Assembly: GCA_049653045.1 (NCBI GenBank)
Contig: JBASFN010000140.1
Span: forward strand, 1 to 55,203
Length of the DNA: 55,203 nucleotides
Direction of reading: 5' to 3'
Origin: Alphaproteobacteria bacterium
Lineage (GTDB): Bacteria; Pseudomonadota; Alphaproteobacteria; Micavibrionales; Micavibrionaceae
Of the stretch, positions 1 through 8,703 are shown piece after piece. The notes under the pieces are model-generated. The model was not told the DNA's origin and searched no databases. It worked only from the letters and a program-made list of their open reading frames with translations. Within the stretch, counting starts at the first letter, position 1; each line of letters starts with the position of its first letter. Made by a program: the position numbers and the translations under genes.

Positions 1-492
1 AGCGACAGCAAGCGTGTCTATATCACGCACTCTTTAGGAACCTTGTGGGCGTTGAAGAACAAAGCCTCAGATATTGACGTGCTGATCGCTATCAATGGAT
101 TTTATCGTTTCAAGAGTTTTTCAGACGAGCGTTCCTTGCAGGCCATAAAATTAAGGCTGGAGCGTGATCCTATTCCGCAAATGGGGGATTTCTGGAAGAA
201 ATGCGGAATTACAAATGATAAAGCTCACCTGAACTTGCAAAGACTGCAAGAGGGCTTGGTCTGGATCACTGAGATCAGCGCCGCAAAAGAACTTGGTACG
301 CACTCAAGACCTGTTCTTTGTTTGTGTGGCGATGCCGATCCGATACTAAATCAGGACATCATGAAAAAGGAGTGGTCGGGTTTTCCGATTAAAACGCTTA
401 TGGGCGGCGGGCACATTATGCCGTGGTCGCATCCTGAATGGTGCGCTAATACAATAAAGGAGTTTGTTGGTGGCCTTAAGCTGGAAAGATAA
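1..492 (+). CDS. bioH: alpha/beta-hydrolase, BioH-like pimeloyl-ACP methyl ester esterase (5' end outside window)
   Basis: Frame 1 is open from base 1, with no stop before the TTG at 43. An HSLGT nucleophile-elbow-like motif sits at the extreme 5' end. The C-terminal GGGHIMPWSHPEW region is typical of BioH-type esterases. The gene lies directly upstream of a bioC-like gene. Confidence 0.5.
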   Translation, partial: SDSKRVYITHSLGTLWALKNKASDIDVLIAINGFYRFKSFSDERSLQAIKLRLERDPIPQMGDFWKKCGITNDKAHLNLQRLQEGLVWITEISAAKELGTHSRPVLCLCGDADPILNQDIMKKEWSGFPIKTLMGGGHIMPWSHPEWCANTIKEFVGGLKLER

Positions 493-1195
493 AGTAACGT
501 GCAATTTTGATACGCAGGCACATCTGTATGATCAGTATGGTGATGTGCAAGCCCATATAGCCGATAGTCTGGGCCGCGATCTTCCTTGTCTTGAAAATGC
601 CGCCATTTTGGAAATAGGGTGCGGCACAGGTTTTTTGACCGCACATTTAGCCAGGAAATATGCTGGGCATCAGCTTCATATTACGGATGTGAGTCCCCGT
701 ATGCTTGAGCAGACAAAAAGTAGATTTTCGGGGATGTCGACACGCTTTTTCATTCTGGACGCAGAAAAAGAACAAACCGGAGAAACATATGATCTGATTA
801 CCGCCAGTATGGTTTGTCAGTGGTTTGAAGATCTGGAGGAAGGGTTAGACAATCTGAAAAGCATGCTAAAGCCAGGCGGCGCATTTCATTTTTCGCTGCC
901 CGGGCCAGATTGCTTTAAAGAATGGCGGAGTACCCTTGATCAATTGGGGCTTCCTTCCGGCATGCTCGATTTTAGTTATCCTGAGGGGATCTACAGAGAA
1001 GAAAAGATCAAAAAGGGCTATCGAGATAGCGGGAATTTTCTTTCCAGTTTAAAAAATATGGGGGCATCCTGCGGCAGAAAAAACTATATGCCTCTTACTT
1101 TGTCAGAAATCAGGTCGGCTTGTAATGCCTTTGATTCCCAGAATTATAAGCATGTCACATGGCATATTTTATATGGCTGTATCACAAAAGCATAA
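464..1195 (+). CDS. bioC: SAM-dependent methyltransferase, malonyl-ACP O-methyltransferase BioC-like
   Basis: 243-aa ORF with the SAM-binding motif ILEIGCGTGFLT. Size and position after the esterase fit BioC. The start is uncertain (non-ATG codon, overlaps the upstream gene). Confidence 0.6.
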   Translation: MLVALSWKDKVTCNFDTQAHLYDQYGDVQAHIADSLGRDLPCLENAAILEIGCGTGFLTAHLARKYAGHQLHITDVSPRMLEQTKSRFSGMSTRFFILDAEKEQTGETYDLITASMVCQWFEDLEEGLDNLKSMLKPGGAFHFSLPGPDCFKEWRSTLDQLGLPSGMLDFSYPEGIYREEKIKKGYRDSGNFLSSLKNMGASCGRKNYMPLTLSEIRSACNAFDSQNYKHVTWHILYGCITKA

Positions 1196-1214
1196 ACGAT
1201 AAGGAATAAAAATA

Positions 1215-2276
1215 ATGAGTAAAAAAATCGCCGTTATAGGCGCAGGGATATCAGGGTTGCTGGCGGCGTGTACGAATGCGGAAAAAGGCTATCAGGTTAC
1301 GGTTTTCGAAAAACAGGATTTTCCGCCTGTCAATCCCAGCACAATTGCGGGCGGTATGATGGCGCCTTTTAGCGAAATCGACACGTTACCACTGAATTTT
1401 GTGAATGCGGGTGTGAAAGGCATTGCAATGTGGAAAACTATGTTGGATGACGGGGCAGATTTTGTGTTTAGCAAAGAAGGCAGCCTGTTTGTGGCGCATC
1501 CGGCAGACGAAGTTTATCTGGATAGGTTTGTACAACATCTAAACTCTGTGAGTGGGTCGTGGCAATGGGTTAATGAAAAAGAAATCCGGGCGCTGGAACC
1601 TGATTTGCAGAATCGTTTCATCAAAGGAATTTATATTCCGGAAGAAGCACATCTTGTGCCGTTGCTGGCGTTAGAAGCTCTTTTCAAAAAATTCGTATCT
1701 TTAAACGGACAAATGATACAGCAGGAAGTCGAGCCGGAAGATTTGGCGCTGGATTATGATTGGGTGATTGATTGCCGTGGTTATGCGCCGCAATTCGATC
1801 AGGATTTGCGCGGCATTAAGGGCGAAATTCTTTTAATTCGGAATTTGGAATTTTCTCTGAAACGGCCCGTACGGTTAATGCATCCGCGTTATCCGCTTTA
1901 TATCGTCCCAAGGCCGGATCACGTCTTTGCCGTCGGCGCGACAGCGATAGAAAATGCAGATGAAGACGATGGTTTGGTGATGTTGCGTTCAGCCATGGAA
2001 CTGATGAGCGCGTGTTACAGCCTGCATCCCAGTTTTGGTGAATCGAAGGTACTGGATATGTCGTCGGGTATCAGAGCCGCCTATCAGGATAATTTGCCGC
2101 GCATCATCATTGATGGAGAAAAAAGATATATCCGCAGCAACGGGCTGTTTCGGCATGGGTATTTGCTTTCCCCGATCATGGCGCGATGTATTGCGCATTA
2201 CATTGAAACTGGAGAAGAGAATGATGATTTTTTATTGTTTTCCGGACGGTATAATCACGCCGCCTTCCAGGAATAG
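1215..2276 (+). CDS. thiO: FAD-dependent glycine oxidase ThiO-like oxidoreductase
   Basis: N-terminal Rossmann motif KIAVIGAGISGLLAA and an AGGMMAPFSE motif typical of the ThiO/DAO family. 353 aa. Confidence 0.6.
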   Translation: MSKKIAVIGAGISGLLAACTNAEKGYQVTVFEKQDFPPVNPSTIAGGMMAPFSEIDTLPLNFVNAGVKGIAMWKTMLDDGADFVFSKEGSLFVAHPADEVYLDRFVQHLNSVSGSWQWVNEKEIRALEPDLQNRFIKGIYIPEEAHLVPLLALEALFKKFVSLNGQMIQQEVEPEDLALDYDWVIDCRGYAPQFDQDLRGIKGEILLIRNLEFSLKRPVRLMHPRYPLYIVPRPDHVFAVGATAIENADEDDGLVMLRSAMELMSACYSLHPSFGESKVLDMSSGIRAAYQDNLPRIIIDGEKRYIRSNGLFRHGYLLSPIMARCIAHYIETGEENDDFLLFSGRYNHAAFQE

Positions 2277-3157
2277 CCAAGGGTTTTATGATAAAATCCG
2301 TTTGAAAACGGCACGTTTGGTATTAATTCTTTTAATTGTGCTTCAGCTTCACCGGCATCGATCTTTTTATCAAGCACGTTTCTAAACAGGCAAGCAACAT
2401 GCTTCATATCATGCGTGTGCGGGGAAAGGCGGAAGGACTTTACGCCCATATCTGCCATTTCATGCAATTCATGAACAAGGTTCAGGTAAGTGTAAGATAA
2501 TGTCTGTACACCGTTGACGCATAAAAAATCTTTTTCTTCCAGCGTTTTTAATATCATGCCGTCCGGATCTTCTTCACAGACAAACTGGCAATTATCTTTA
2601 ACCCGGCCATGAGCACGCGCATGATAACACCGTGCCGAAAGCGCAAGGCCAACGCGTCCGAAAACCTGCACCTCAAGACCGACCCCGATATCATCGGCTT
2701 TTTGTCCCAGAGCGGATATAGACTCCGCCGGTAATTCCGCAGGCAGAGTAAAGTGGGTTGCGCCATTTGATGCCAAATGCTGCATCACGTCTTCGTTATA
2801 GACATTAAAATACTGGCCAATCCGGTGTGGCTTCCCGCGCAAATGATAGAGTGCGGCGGCATCATTGGCTTCAACCTCAAAATCTTCAAGTTCGCATAAT
2901 CCTTCTGTCATTTTGCGCTCACGAGGGATCATGATTTCAGCCAGAGAGCAAAACACGACTTTTTTCCCGCCTTCTTTAAGCCGCTCGGCAACCTCGCTAT
3001 AATGCTGTTCAAAAAACGGTGTACGCTTGGAGCAGATAACCTCGCCCAGATAGACCGTTTCAACCGGTGCTTCATCGGCGATGCGGAAATAAAAGTCACG
3101 TTTTTTTTCAGCAGGCCAGTGGAATAAAATTGGTCCTATTGTCAATTGCGCGGTCAT
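2255..3157 (-). CDS. ubiV: U32-family protein UbiV (O2-independent ubiquinone hydroxylation)
   Basis: The N-terminus MTAQLTIGPILFHWPAEKKRDFYF...VYLGEVICSKR parallels E. coli YhbV/UbiV. A GGAGA Shine-Dalgarno lies 7 nt before the ATG at 3157; the ORF track offers an earlier ATG at 3184. The gene follows ubiU. Confidence 0.8.
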   Translation of the reverse strand: MTAQLTIGPILFHWPAEKKRDFYFRIADEAPVETVYLGEVICSKRTPFFEQHYSEVAERLKEGGKKVVFCSLAEIMIPRERKMTEGLCELEDFEVEANDAAALYHLRGKPHRIGQYFNVYNEDVMQHLASNGATHFTLPAELPAESISALGQKADDIGVGLEVQVFGRVGLALSARCYHARAHGRVKDNCQFVCEEDPDGMILKTLEEKDFLCVNGVQTLSYTYLNLVHELHEMADMGVKSFRLSPHTHDMKHVACLFRNVLDKKIDAGEAEAQLKELIPNVPFSNGFYHKTLGYSWKAA

Positions 3158-3161
3158 TGGC

Positions 3162-4175
3162 TTATCTCCATCTCTTTGTTTCATAAGCGCCCTGCGTTTG
3201 TTTGTGCCCTTCGGTCAGAGACAATAAATGCGCTAGCTCTACGTCCTGTCCCGTCATGACATCATCTATGGCCTTACGCCATGATGATACGACCTCACGC
3301 ACATAGGCACGGGATCGTTGACGCCCCTCAATCTTGAACGCATGAACGCCCGCCTTGATAAGTTCCGGCAGCAAGCGCGCCAGATTAAGGCTGATTGGTT
3401 CTTCAAAGGCATAATAACCATCCGGCCTGTGCGGTGCGCGGTAGCGCCCTTTGCAAATGGTTGGATATCCCGGGTTTTGCGTGCAGGAAAAGCAATCAAT
3501 GGTAAAGGCGCCGAGTTTGGTCGTCAGATTGCGCTGTGCATCTTCCTCATATTTCACATCGCCGGCGGGAGAACACACCCCGTCCATATTGGTAGATAAT
3601 CCGGTAACATAATTTGTCAGGCTGCACCGTCCTTCCGCCACAAGGCCGTGATTGCCAAAAATAAAACATTCAATTTCGCAAGGGATCTCTTTTTTCAGTG
3701 ATTTAATTTCAGGGATCGTCAATATACGCGGCAAGACAACACGCCGGACGCCAAATTCCTCGCAATAATATTTAATGGCTTCAACAGAAGGCGCACCGGC
3801 CTGAACGGATAAGTGGATGCGCTGATCAGGATGATTTTTCTTGATGTAACCGGCAACGCCGATATCAGCCACGATAATGGCATCAATTCCCATGCGAACA
3901 GCTGAATCAACAGCGTCCTTCCAGAGTTGTATCTTGCCGGCAGGCGGAAATGTATTGGCCGCCAGCAACACTTTTGTCCCGCGTTCATGGGCATAGACGA
4001 CAGCTTTTTCCATCTCTGGAAGTGTAAAGTTCAGTCCCGGGAAATTGCGGGCGTTGGTTGCATTCTGAAACCCGCAATAGACAGCATCCGCGCCAGCATC
4101 CACGGCAGTGCGCAGGGATGCTGGCGTTCCTGCGGGACAGACAAGTTCCCCCACAGGCTCAGTGTTTTCGACCAT
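3162..4175 (-). CDS. ubiU: U32-family protein UbiU (O2-independent ubiquinone hydroxylation)
   Basis: ELVCPAGTPASLRTAVDAGADAVYCGF...TNARNFPGLNF matches the YhbU/UbiU N-terminus. 337 aa, in ubiT-ubiU-ubiV order. Confidence 0.8.
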   Translation of the reverse strand: MVENTEPVGELVCPAGTPASLRTAVDAGADAVYCGFQNATNARNFPGLNFTLPEMEKAVVYAHERGTKVLLAANTFPPAGKIQLWKDAVDSAVRMGIDAIIVADIGVAGYIKKNHPDQRIHLSVQAGAPSVEAIKYYCEEFGVRRVVLPRILTIPEIKSLKKEIPCEIECFIFGNHGLVAEGRCSLTNYVTGLSTNMDGVCSPAGDVKYEEDAQRNLTTKLGAFTIDCFSCTQNPGYPTICKGRYRAPHRPDGYYAFEEPISLNLARLLPELIKAGVHAFKIEGRQRSRAYVREVVSSWRKAIDDVMTGQDVELAHLLSLTEGHKQTQGAYETKRWR

Positions 4176-4704
4176 GATTCCTCGCCTTTCTTAAAATCTT
4201 CAAAGCATTTCGTCCGGCAAATCCGAATAAATTCGCAGTGTCCTCGGCGATACTCCCCTCTATGTCGTCAATCGCATTGCGCAGGCAGACAACGGCTTCG
4301 GTATCACCTTCCACCACAAGCTCGCGTGTGAAAAACAGAGCATCCCCGTCCAGCTGTCCATCCACCATATCCAGCAATGTTAAGAACGTTCCTGCAATGC
4401 GGGCTTCGACCTGAGGCAGATTGCGCCGCCGGTATGCACGAAAGGAAAGATTGTCCGGATTAGCTCTTAATGCAAAGGCAAAGGGCAAATTTACCGGATC
4501 AATCAAGAAAAGCTTGTCTTTATGTGGCCCGATACGGTCAAATAACTCCGGTCGTTTCTGTGCTATGTGATGAACGATTTTGTGTAAAACAGGTTGGATG
4601 GCAAAAAGTGGCACAGGCGCAAGTATAAGGCGCAGTAGCCTTGGTAAATACCTGTACTCCTGCTTTTCAGTTTCTGATCTGTAATCGGCCTGCGCTGTCA
4701 TCAT
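4159..4704 (-). CDS. ubiT: SCP2-domain ubiquinone biosynthesis accessory factor UbiT
   Basis: The C-terminal FFTRELVVEGDTEAVVCLRNAIDDIE matches the YhbT/UbiT SCP2 signature (FFQRRLVIEGDTELG). The start is placed at the ATG at 4704 because the ORF-track start at 4752 lies inside the FNR box. Confidence 0.7.
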   Translation of the reverse strand: MMTAQADYRSETEKQEYRYLPRLLRLILAPVPLFAIQPVLHKIVHHIAQKRPELFDRIGPHKDKLFLIDPVNLPFAFALRANPDNLSFRAYRRRNLPQVEARIAGTFLTLLDMVDGQLDGDALFFTRELVVEGDTEAVVCLRNAIDDIEGSIAEDTANLFGFAGRNALKILRKARNHGRKH

Positions 4705-4738
4705 AATCAGACAATAAGCGCTGGTTATGCTTTGGGGA

Positions 4739-4752
4739 TTGATCCAGATCAA
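4739..4752. promoter_or_regulatory. FNR/CRP-type box TTGATCCAGATCAA upstream of ubiTUV
   Basis: Perfect TTGAT-N4-ATCAA palindrome, one of seven in the window, 34 nt upstream of the ubiT ATG. Confidence 0.75.
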
Positions 4753-4773
4753 ATATGAAGAGCAAAGACTAAT

Positions 4774-5169
4774 TTAATAGACAAGTATATCATTTACCAA
4801 ATTCAGCGCTTGATCGGTCCGCTCAGTGGAAATGGCGACAAGCGCATACCCTTCATGGCGCTCGACAAAGCGGATGCTGTTTATTTGTACGCCAGCATCT
4901 GAAAATCGGCGCGTTAACTTGGCCAGTGCACCAAGTTCATCTGTAACTTTAACAATAATGGCATCTTCACAGATAACCTGAAATCTTTCACATTCCTGTA
5001 GTTTATTGAGTGCACTCTGATAATCTTGAACTGTTATCGTTACGACAGAATTTTTTCCAAAATTTCTTCCAGTCACGCTTTCGATATTAATTCTTTTTTC
5101 TGCCAAAAACTGAGTAATGTCAGCGATAAGATCTGTCTTATTTTCAGAGAGAATTGTAATCTGTTTCAT
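4774..5169 (-). CDS. ACT-domain protein
   Basis: 131 aa with two ACT-like beta-alpha-beta-beta-alpha-beta units (ILSENKTDLIADITQFLAEKRINIESV; VKVTDELGALAKLTRRFSDAGVQINSI). Its start overlaps the hdc stop in an ATGA junction. Confidence 0.65.
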   Translation of the reverse strand: MKQITILSENKTDLIADITQFLAEKRINIESVTGRNFGKNSVVTITVQDYQSALNKLQECERFQVICEDAIIVKVTDELGALAKLTRRFSDAGVQINSIRFVERHEGYALVAISTERTDQALNLVNDILVY

Positions 5170-6272
5170 CCAAGAAGATCCTCTATAAATTCATCAATAT
5201 ATGCCTTGCTTACATTGGGCATCGTTATTATGTGAGCATTGTTACCTTGTGATGCTATTTGCCACTTACAAAGGACTCTTTCATTTATACGTGGAAATAC
5301 GACAGTGATAGAGTTTTTATGACGCCAGGCTTCCAGCCCCTTTTCTTGCAATTTAGTGATCGCATGATCAGCAACCGAAAAGCATTGATTTACAATTTCT
5401 ATAAACCCTTTTTTGCCGAGTTTAGCGATAATGTACCATAAAAAAAGAGGTGTAAGACCGTTGCGGGAGCCCGATATTGTCGTATCGTTCGTTCCAATGT
5501 ATTCTACGCTTCTCGCTACCCTGTTTACTAAATCACGTTTTGCCAGCACGACACCGCAAGGTATGGGGCATCCTGGAAATTTATGGCCGCTGATTGAAAT
5601 TGAGTCGATACCTGAGATAAAATCAAAAGGCTGAGGATCTGAGACAAATGGAAGTATCATTCCTGAAAGTGCGGCATCAGCATGGATGTAAAAACGGGAT
5701 ATTGCGTATTCATTCATAATTTTTCTAATCTTCCTAAGATCGTCAACAGCGCCCTTCATAGTAGTACCAATATTTGCAAAAATGATTGGCGGTACATCGC
5801 GATGAATAGCAACAGATGCCGCCAAATCATTATAATCCATCTCACCATTAGTCAGGCTTTTTATCATAATGCTCCGTGTGCGCGTTAATTGCAGAATCTT
5901 TGAAACGCTATAGTGAGTATCTTCTGAATAATAAACTATGCCGTCAGGAAATAATTCTCTTGCCAGATAGATCCCATACATATTACCTTCTGTTCCGCCA
6001 TTGGTAACATAACCCCACACATCAAAGTTTCTCGCATTCAGTGTTTCTGAAAACCACTCAATAACATTACGCTCTATCTCGTGAGTATTGACTTTATAGC
6101 TTCCCGATAGAGAAAATGGATCTCCGATATTATTCATAGGTATTTCTAGAAATTTATGCAAAGAGGTAAAATCCAGAAATTTCGTGGATGGATACCCCAA
6201 CATATGCTCTGAGTTTTTTCTCAAGCTGTGATAAATACTTTCAATATCATGTAAGTCCGAGTTCCCTATCAT
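5166..6272 (-). CDS. hdc: pyridoxal-phosphate-dependent histidine decarboxylase (group II decarboxylase)
   Basis: Full-length colinearity with Gram-negative Hdc as I remember it (Morganella type). Shared motifs are GYVTNGGTEGNMYG, YYSEDTHYSV, FANIGTTMKGAVDD, HADAALSGMILPF, and SISGHKF carrying the PLP lysine. Confidence 0.85.
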   Translation of the reverse strand: MIGNSDLHDIESIYHSLRKNSEHMLGYPSTKFLDFTSLHKFLEIPMNNIGDPFSLSGSYKVNTHEIERNVIEWFSETLNARNFDVWGYVTNGGTEGNMYGIYLARELFPDGIVYYSEDTHYSVSKILQLTRTRSIMIKSLTNGEMDYNDLAASVAIHRDVPPIIFANIGTTMKGAVDDLRKIRKIMNEYAISRFYIHADAALSGMILPFVSDPQPFDFISGIDSISISGHKFPGCPIPCGVVLAKRDLVNRVARSVEYIGTNDTTISGSRNGLTPLFLWYIIAKLGKKGFIEIVNQCFSVADHAITKLQEKGLEAWRHKNSITVVFPRINERVLCKWQIASQGNNAHIITMPNVSKAYIDEFIEDLLG

Positions 6273-6306
6273 TCTTACTTTGTATTATTGTTTTTGACCT
6301 TAACCA

Positions 6307-6320
6307 TTGATCCAGATCAA
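6307..6320. promoter_or_regulatory. FNR/CRP-type box TTGATCCAGATCAA between hdc and moeA
   Basis: Perfect palindrome, 34 nt upstream of the hdc ATG in the divergent hdc/moeA intergenic region. Confidence 0.75.
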
Positions 6321-6561
6321 GTTATAGCCTCGATATCTAGATTATAGTTTATGTTTGATATATCCGAATTTATGAAATGTACTATGAAAAAAACCGCACC
6401 TATAAAAAACCCGCCGAAAATAGAACAGAAGCTTTTCCCCGATAACCAGAACAAGCAAGTATCGCAGAAGCGCATTTTAACTTCGCATAACAGACCGTTT
6501 ACGCTGAATAAAAAAGAGCGTGCGGCTTGCGATCAGGCTACGGACTGATAAGATTACGCTC

Positions 6562-7794
6562 ATGATTTCTTTTGAAACTGCACAGAGAATTATTCGGGAA
6601 CGGGCAAGCACATATCGTCTGGATACAGAGGTAATTGCGCTGCATGAGGCTGTGGGGCGTGTCTGTGCAGAAGATGTGCTGGCGCCGCTAAGTATCCAGC
6701 CTTTTGATAATTCTGCGATGGATGGCTTTGCCGTTCGCATGTGCGATCTGGAGGGCGCGAGTGAGGAAGCTCCGGTTGTTCTTGAAAAATCCGGCGTTAT
6801 CGCGGCGGGCGATCCTGTGCCTGAAGAGGCGCTGAGGGCTGAAAAATGTATTCATATTATGACGGGCGCGCCTGTTCCGAAAGGCGCGGATGCTGTGGTG
6901 CCTATTGAAAATGTCGATGTGCAGGATCAAAAAATCGCGTTTAAATCTGTTCCAAAGCTTATGGCGAATATTCGCCGGGCCGGGGAGGATTTCCAGAAAG
7001 GCGATGAAATCTTGAAAACCGGTGATACGTTGGGGGTTGCGCATATATTGCCCTTAGCGACATTGGGTATTTCCCAGCTACGTGTCTTTAAAAAACCAAA
7101 AGTAGCTTTCATGGCGACCGGGCGGGAGATTGTTGATGACTTATCGGTTCCGCTGGAATCCGGGCAAATTTATAATTCAAACCGCCCCTATGCGCTGGCC
7201 ATGCTGGAGGAATTGGGGTGTGATGTATTGCCTTGCGAGACGGTGCGGGATGATCTGGACGTTTTTTGTAAAAAGCTGGAAAATCTGATGAGCGAAAAAT
7301 GCGATATTATTATTTCAAGCGGCGCAGTTTCCGCTGGTGAATTTGATTTTGTAAAAGAGGGGCTGGAAAAGATAGGGGCTGACATCATCTTTCACAAGGT
7401 AAAGCTCAAACCGGGAAAACCTAATTTATTTGCAATTTTGCCCAACGGAGCATTTTATTTCGGGCTGCCTGGAAATCCGGTTGCGAGCGCAGTGGGATTA
7501 CGCTTTTTTGTTGTTTTGGCTTTACGCGCGATGATGGGACAGGAACCAGAAAAGCCGCTTCATGCGCGCGCCATGACAAAGTTTGTTAAAAAATCAGGGC
7601 TGCATATGATCTTAAAGGGAAAAAGCGAAAGCTGGGAGGATGGAACCCGCAGTGTAGATATTCTGGACGGTCAGGCTTCCTTTATGGTCAATCCGTTTTT
7701 GAACATGAACTGCTGGTTGCATGTTCCTGAAGCTTTGGAAATCATCAAGCCCGGTGAAGTGGTGGAGTTTTATCCGTTGCTGCCCCGCACTTGA
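6562..7794 (+). CDS. moeA: molybdopterin molybdenumtransferase MoeA
   Basis: MoeA hallmarks are present: PFDNSAMDGFAV, MTGAPVP.GADAVVPIE, SGAVSAGEFDFVKE and KPGKP. The start is taken as the ATG at 6562 (MISFETAQ...); the track start at 6520 is a GTG. Confidence 0.85.
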   Translation: MISFETAQRIIRERASTYRLDTEVIALHEAVGRVCAEDVLAPLSIQPFDNSAMDGFAVRMCDLEGASEEAPVVLEKSGVIAAGDPVPEEALRAEKCIHIMTGAPVPKGADAVVPIENVDVQDQKIAFKSVPKLMANIRRAGEDFQKGDEILKTGDTLGVAHILPLATLGISQLRVFKKPKVAFMATGREIVDDLSVPLESGQIYNSNRPYALAMLEELGCDVLPCETVRDDLDVFCKKLENLMSEKCDIIISSGAVSAGEFDFVKEGLEKIGADIIFHKVKLKPGKPNLFAILPNGAFYFGLPGNPVASAVGLRFFVVLALRAMMGQEPEKPLHARAMTKFVKKSGLHMILKGKSESWEDGTRSVDILDGQASFMVNPFLNMNCWLHVPEALEIIKPGEVVEFYPLLPRT

Positions 7795-7807
7795 ATATGA
7801 AGAAGTT

Positions 7808-8548
7808 TTAGTGCAGGGGGCACTTTTTACATTCCACCTGATCATGCCTTGAACATAAAGAAGCGGTATCAGAATCGCAGAAATGACAGAGCGCAAATGA
7901 ATCCCGCATCCTGATTGTGTCTTCTTCCACTTTGATCCCTATATCTTTCATTTGCTTGAGCGTTCTGGAGAAGGTTTCCGGTGTCATGCCTAAATAATTC
8001 GCTACGACCTGTTTTTTAAAGGGGAGTTTAAAATCCAGATTTTCATGTCCTTGCTCAATATGTTTGAGCAGGAAATAATACCCCACGCGCTGTAGTGGTG
8101 ATTTAATGTTCATGGCCTCAATCTGATGCATGGCATTTTTATAGTGGCGCGAGACAATACGCAAAAGATTGACGGCAAAAGCAGGATCCTCAAGAACATG
8201 TTTTTTGACAACGGAGTCCGGGATTTTAAGAATTTTGGCGGCACTCATGGTTTGCACGTTGATCGGCGAAGGAATCCCCATAAAAAGAACGGCCTCCATG
8301 CATGTGTCGCCAGCTTCAAGCATGCGTATTATGGCTTCGCCGCCATCTTCGTTTATGCGGGTTGTTTTTAACGATCCGTCCAGCACAAGAAAAATACATT
8401 CCGGACTATCGCCCTGCTGCACAAGAACTTTGCCACTGTCATAATCGTGCATGACAGAACGTTGAAGTAACGTTTGAAGACTGTTTTCGGATAATCCCTC
8501 AAACAGCTGCGGCTTTTTTTGTTCATTAAAATTTGCAGGCAACTGCAT
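7808..8548 (-). CDS. CRP/FNR-family transcriptional regulator with C-terminal Cys cluster (NarR-like position)
   Basis: cNMP-binding-like beta-roll, an HTH with the FNR-type recognition helix PETFSRTLK, and the C-terminal sequence CHFCDSDTASLCSRHDQVECKKCPLH. It is divergent from narK. The start is placed at the ATG at 8548; the track start at 8560 is a TTG. Confidence 0.85.
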   Translation of the reverse strand: MQLPANFNEQKKPQLFEGLSENSLQTLLQRSVMHDYDSGKVLVQQGDSPECIFLVLDGSLKTTRINEDGGEAIIRMLEAGDTCMEAVLFMGIPSPINVQTMSAAKILKIPDSVVKKHVLEDPAFAVNLLRIVSRHYKNAMHQIEAMNIKSPLQRVGYYFLLKHIEQGHENLDFKLPFKKQVVANYLGMTPETFSRTLKQMKDIGIKVEEDTIRMRDSFALCHFCDSDTASLCSRHDQVECKKCPLH

Positions 8549-8584
8549 CTTTATTACCAATCATTGTTCTTTGTTGACAGCATC

Positions 8585-8598
8585 TTGATCTGAATCAA
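8585..8598. promoter_or_regulatory. FNR/CRP-type box TTGATCTGAATCAA between regulator and narK
   Basis: Perfect palindrome in the divergent intergenic region. Confidence 0.75.
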
Positions 8599-8703
8599 GT
8601 CCGGTCAAATTCGCACATGCAATACTAAAGAAAATGGATGAGAAAATAAACTCTCTTTCGTTGAAAGTGTAAATTATCTGAATATGTTGGCGGAGCTAGC
8701 CCT

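Noticed and set aside
6351-6548. 65-aa ORF in the FNR-box to moeA leader
   Set aside because: It has no Shine-Dalgarno and a Lys/Asn-rich low-complexity translation. Its ATG would lie upstream of a TSS positioned 41.5 nt from the box centre. I treat it as probable leader sequence rather than a gene, although a shorter peptide from an internal Met cannot be excluded.
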